A stretch of DNA of 64,000 bases from Psilocybe cubensis (Eukaryota). The stretch is from the NCBI GenBank assembly GCA_017499595.2, contig CM039001.1, forward strand, positions 2,976,001-3,040,000. The letters run 5' to 3'. Positions 62,578 through 64,000 of the stretch are shown in pieces; position 1 is the stretch's first letter, and the number at the start of each line of letters is the position of its first letter. The notes under the pieces are model-generated. The model was not told where the DNA came from. It did no database searches and saw nothing but the letters and a program-made list of their open reading frames with translations. Made by a program: the position numbers and the translations under genes.

Positions 62578-64000
62578 CTATTCTACCTTTTTCTTTTCTT
62601 TCACCGGTTCTTTCTTCTGACTACCGATAGTATAGCCGACAGTCCCCAGCATAACCAAGAACGCGCCCGCCCACATCATCCTGTTATCGACCTGTGGGCG
62701 GCGCTTTGTAGTCTCCACGCCCACTAGCGTCCCACCAACCGAGCTCATAACAGAACGGAGATCCGTTCCAAACATATTCGCCGACCAACCGTCCTCGAGG
62801 ATGGTCAATCCAAGCGACGAGGCGATGTACTTGAGACCGCGGATTGTAAGATCCCAAGTTTCTGCGCCGACTTTGGATATACCAATCACACTGATGATGA
62901 GGCTCGCAGCCTTCCGCACGACGAGGACGAGGGTGACGGTCAATGCGCTGACACGCGTCGTCAGCCTGTGCACGCCCGCGACGCAGAGAAGCTGTGTCAC
63001 GGTGTTCAACACAAGGGGTAAGTAGATATGCGGAAGAGAAACAGATACGAGGATCGCGTTCGCGTTGGAGTTGGCATCTTGAGTGATTGATAACAGTGAA
63101 GCGTTTTCTGATTGTTGAAAGATCTGAATCGGGAGGCGAGGGAGAGAATATGGTGGGATGATATTCATGGGGAATGCAGTTGTTAGGTTTGCCGTAGTCG
63201 GAATGGGAATAGGAAAGTCAAATTGAGATCGCGGGCCTACGCTGAGCTCGTGCATTTGGCCTGCGAGCTTTGGTAGAAGAGGTAGAAACATAGGAAGACC
63301 AAGGAGATGAAGGTAAAACATAGACTCTTTCCACTGAGGTGGGATGTCTGAGGATTTAGAAGTAAGGGTTGGTCGTCCGTATTTAGTGAACGACCAATCC
63401 TGTACCAATCCTAATGCACCTGAAAGGACAAGGGCTAATGTCAAGATTCCAATGCCTTTGGAATATGTATATGTGTCTGCAGTCATCTTTCCTTTCGATG
63501 AAGGCTGGGCAGAGAAGGTCGTCAGAATAACCCCCAAAGTCACCAAAAAGACCGAGAGAACTTGGGTCGCCGTGTATCTGAACAATCGAGGTGAAATGTT
63601 CTGTTATAATCAGAGAAAAATACATACCTCTTCTTCGATATTAACCATCCAAATAACAAGCTTATCATGAGACCCCCACTTCTAAAGATGATATGGACGG
63701 CCATAGGAATTTGGTATGCAAATGCTGCATTGTTGAGCAGAGAAATGAGGTAAAACAACGCGACTTGAACGATATATGCAGTGATCGGAACTCTTCGCGG
63801 TTTAAACCTGGGACCTAGCCGTGTCCATATTAGGAAGGTTGGTAGTCCGTGAAGCGCAATGATTAAAAATTGCAAAAAGGTCAATATAGATCCAGCGTGT
63901 GGGTTCTGCGATGTGATTTGTTCCAGAGTGATTGCATTGCTACAGCAGCCGCCAAAGATGAGAGAAAGGGTAGTGATCCAGCCAGATAGTGATGTTAACA
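62578..64000 (-). CDS. UAA-family nucleotide-sugar transporter (Yea4/SLC35B4-like); start beyond the window end
   Basis: SLIFGGCCSNAITLE, LTFLQF, LLNNAAFAYQIPMAVHIIFRSGGL, WKESMFYLHLLGLP, LTVTLVLVVRKAASL, C-terminal KKKVE. Confidence 0.9.

Noticed and set aside
1-64000. Secondary-metabolite cluster (aminotransferase, GST, MFS, P450)
   Set aside because: No backbone enzyme (PKS, NRPS, terpene synthase, RiPP precursor), and the genes are dispersed among housekeeping genes

Overview
Eukaryotic, intron-rich fungal DNA. The ~50-60 bp GT-AG introns and gene families point to an Agaricomycete, but the species cannot be named from the sequence. Conserved genes, left to right: Aro8-like aminotransferase (3' end runs off the window), CCHC zinc-knuckle Gis2/Byr3-like protein, GST-like protein, two MFS anion:cation symporter paralogs flanking a Nem1-like phosphatase, GH2 beta-mannosidase, Rheb, Spo12-like protein, RING protein, chitin synthase, a second GST-like paralog, HMG-box factor, multi-TM membrane protein plus a decayed paralog, CBP80, a CYP63-like P450 and a Yea4-like nucleotide-sugar transporter (5' end off the window). 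Unusual features: (1) an ORF-less ~550-nt stretch at 48.4-49.0 kb whose ends base-pair and which is dense in G-U-containing hairpins, a candidate large structured RNA; (2) a ~5-kb TIR element inserted in an MFS exon with an 8-10 bp target-site duplication, carrying a phased 35-bp array (palindromic core plus variable spacers) and a decayed cargo gene; (3) a gene with six tandem 63-66 bp phase-1 exons, each encoding a repeat ending in a KRGRKG-like motif; (4) a 1.2-kb patchwork at 57.4-58.6 kb copied from five places in the 2.5-17 kb region; (5) a ~670-bp MITE. Exon boundaries were read by eye and are approximate.
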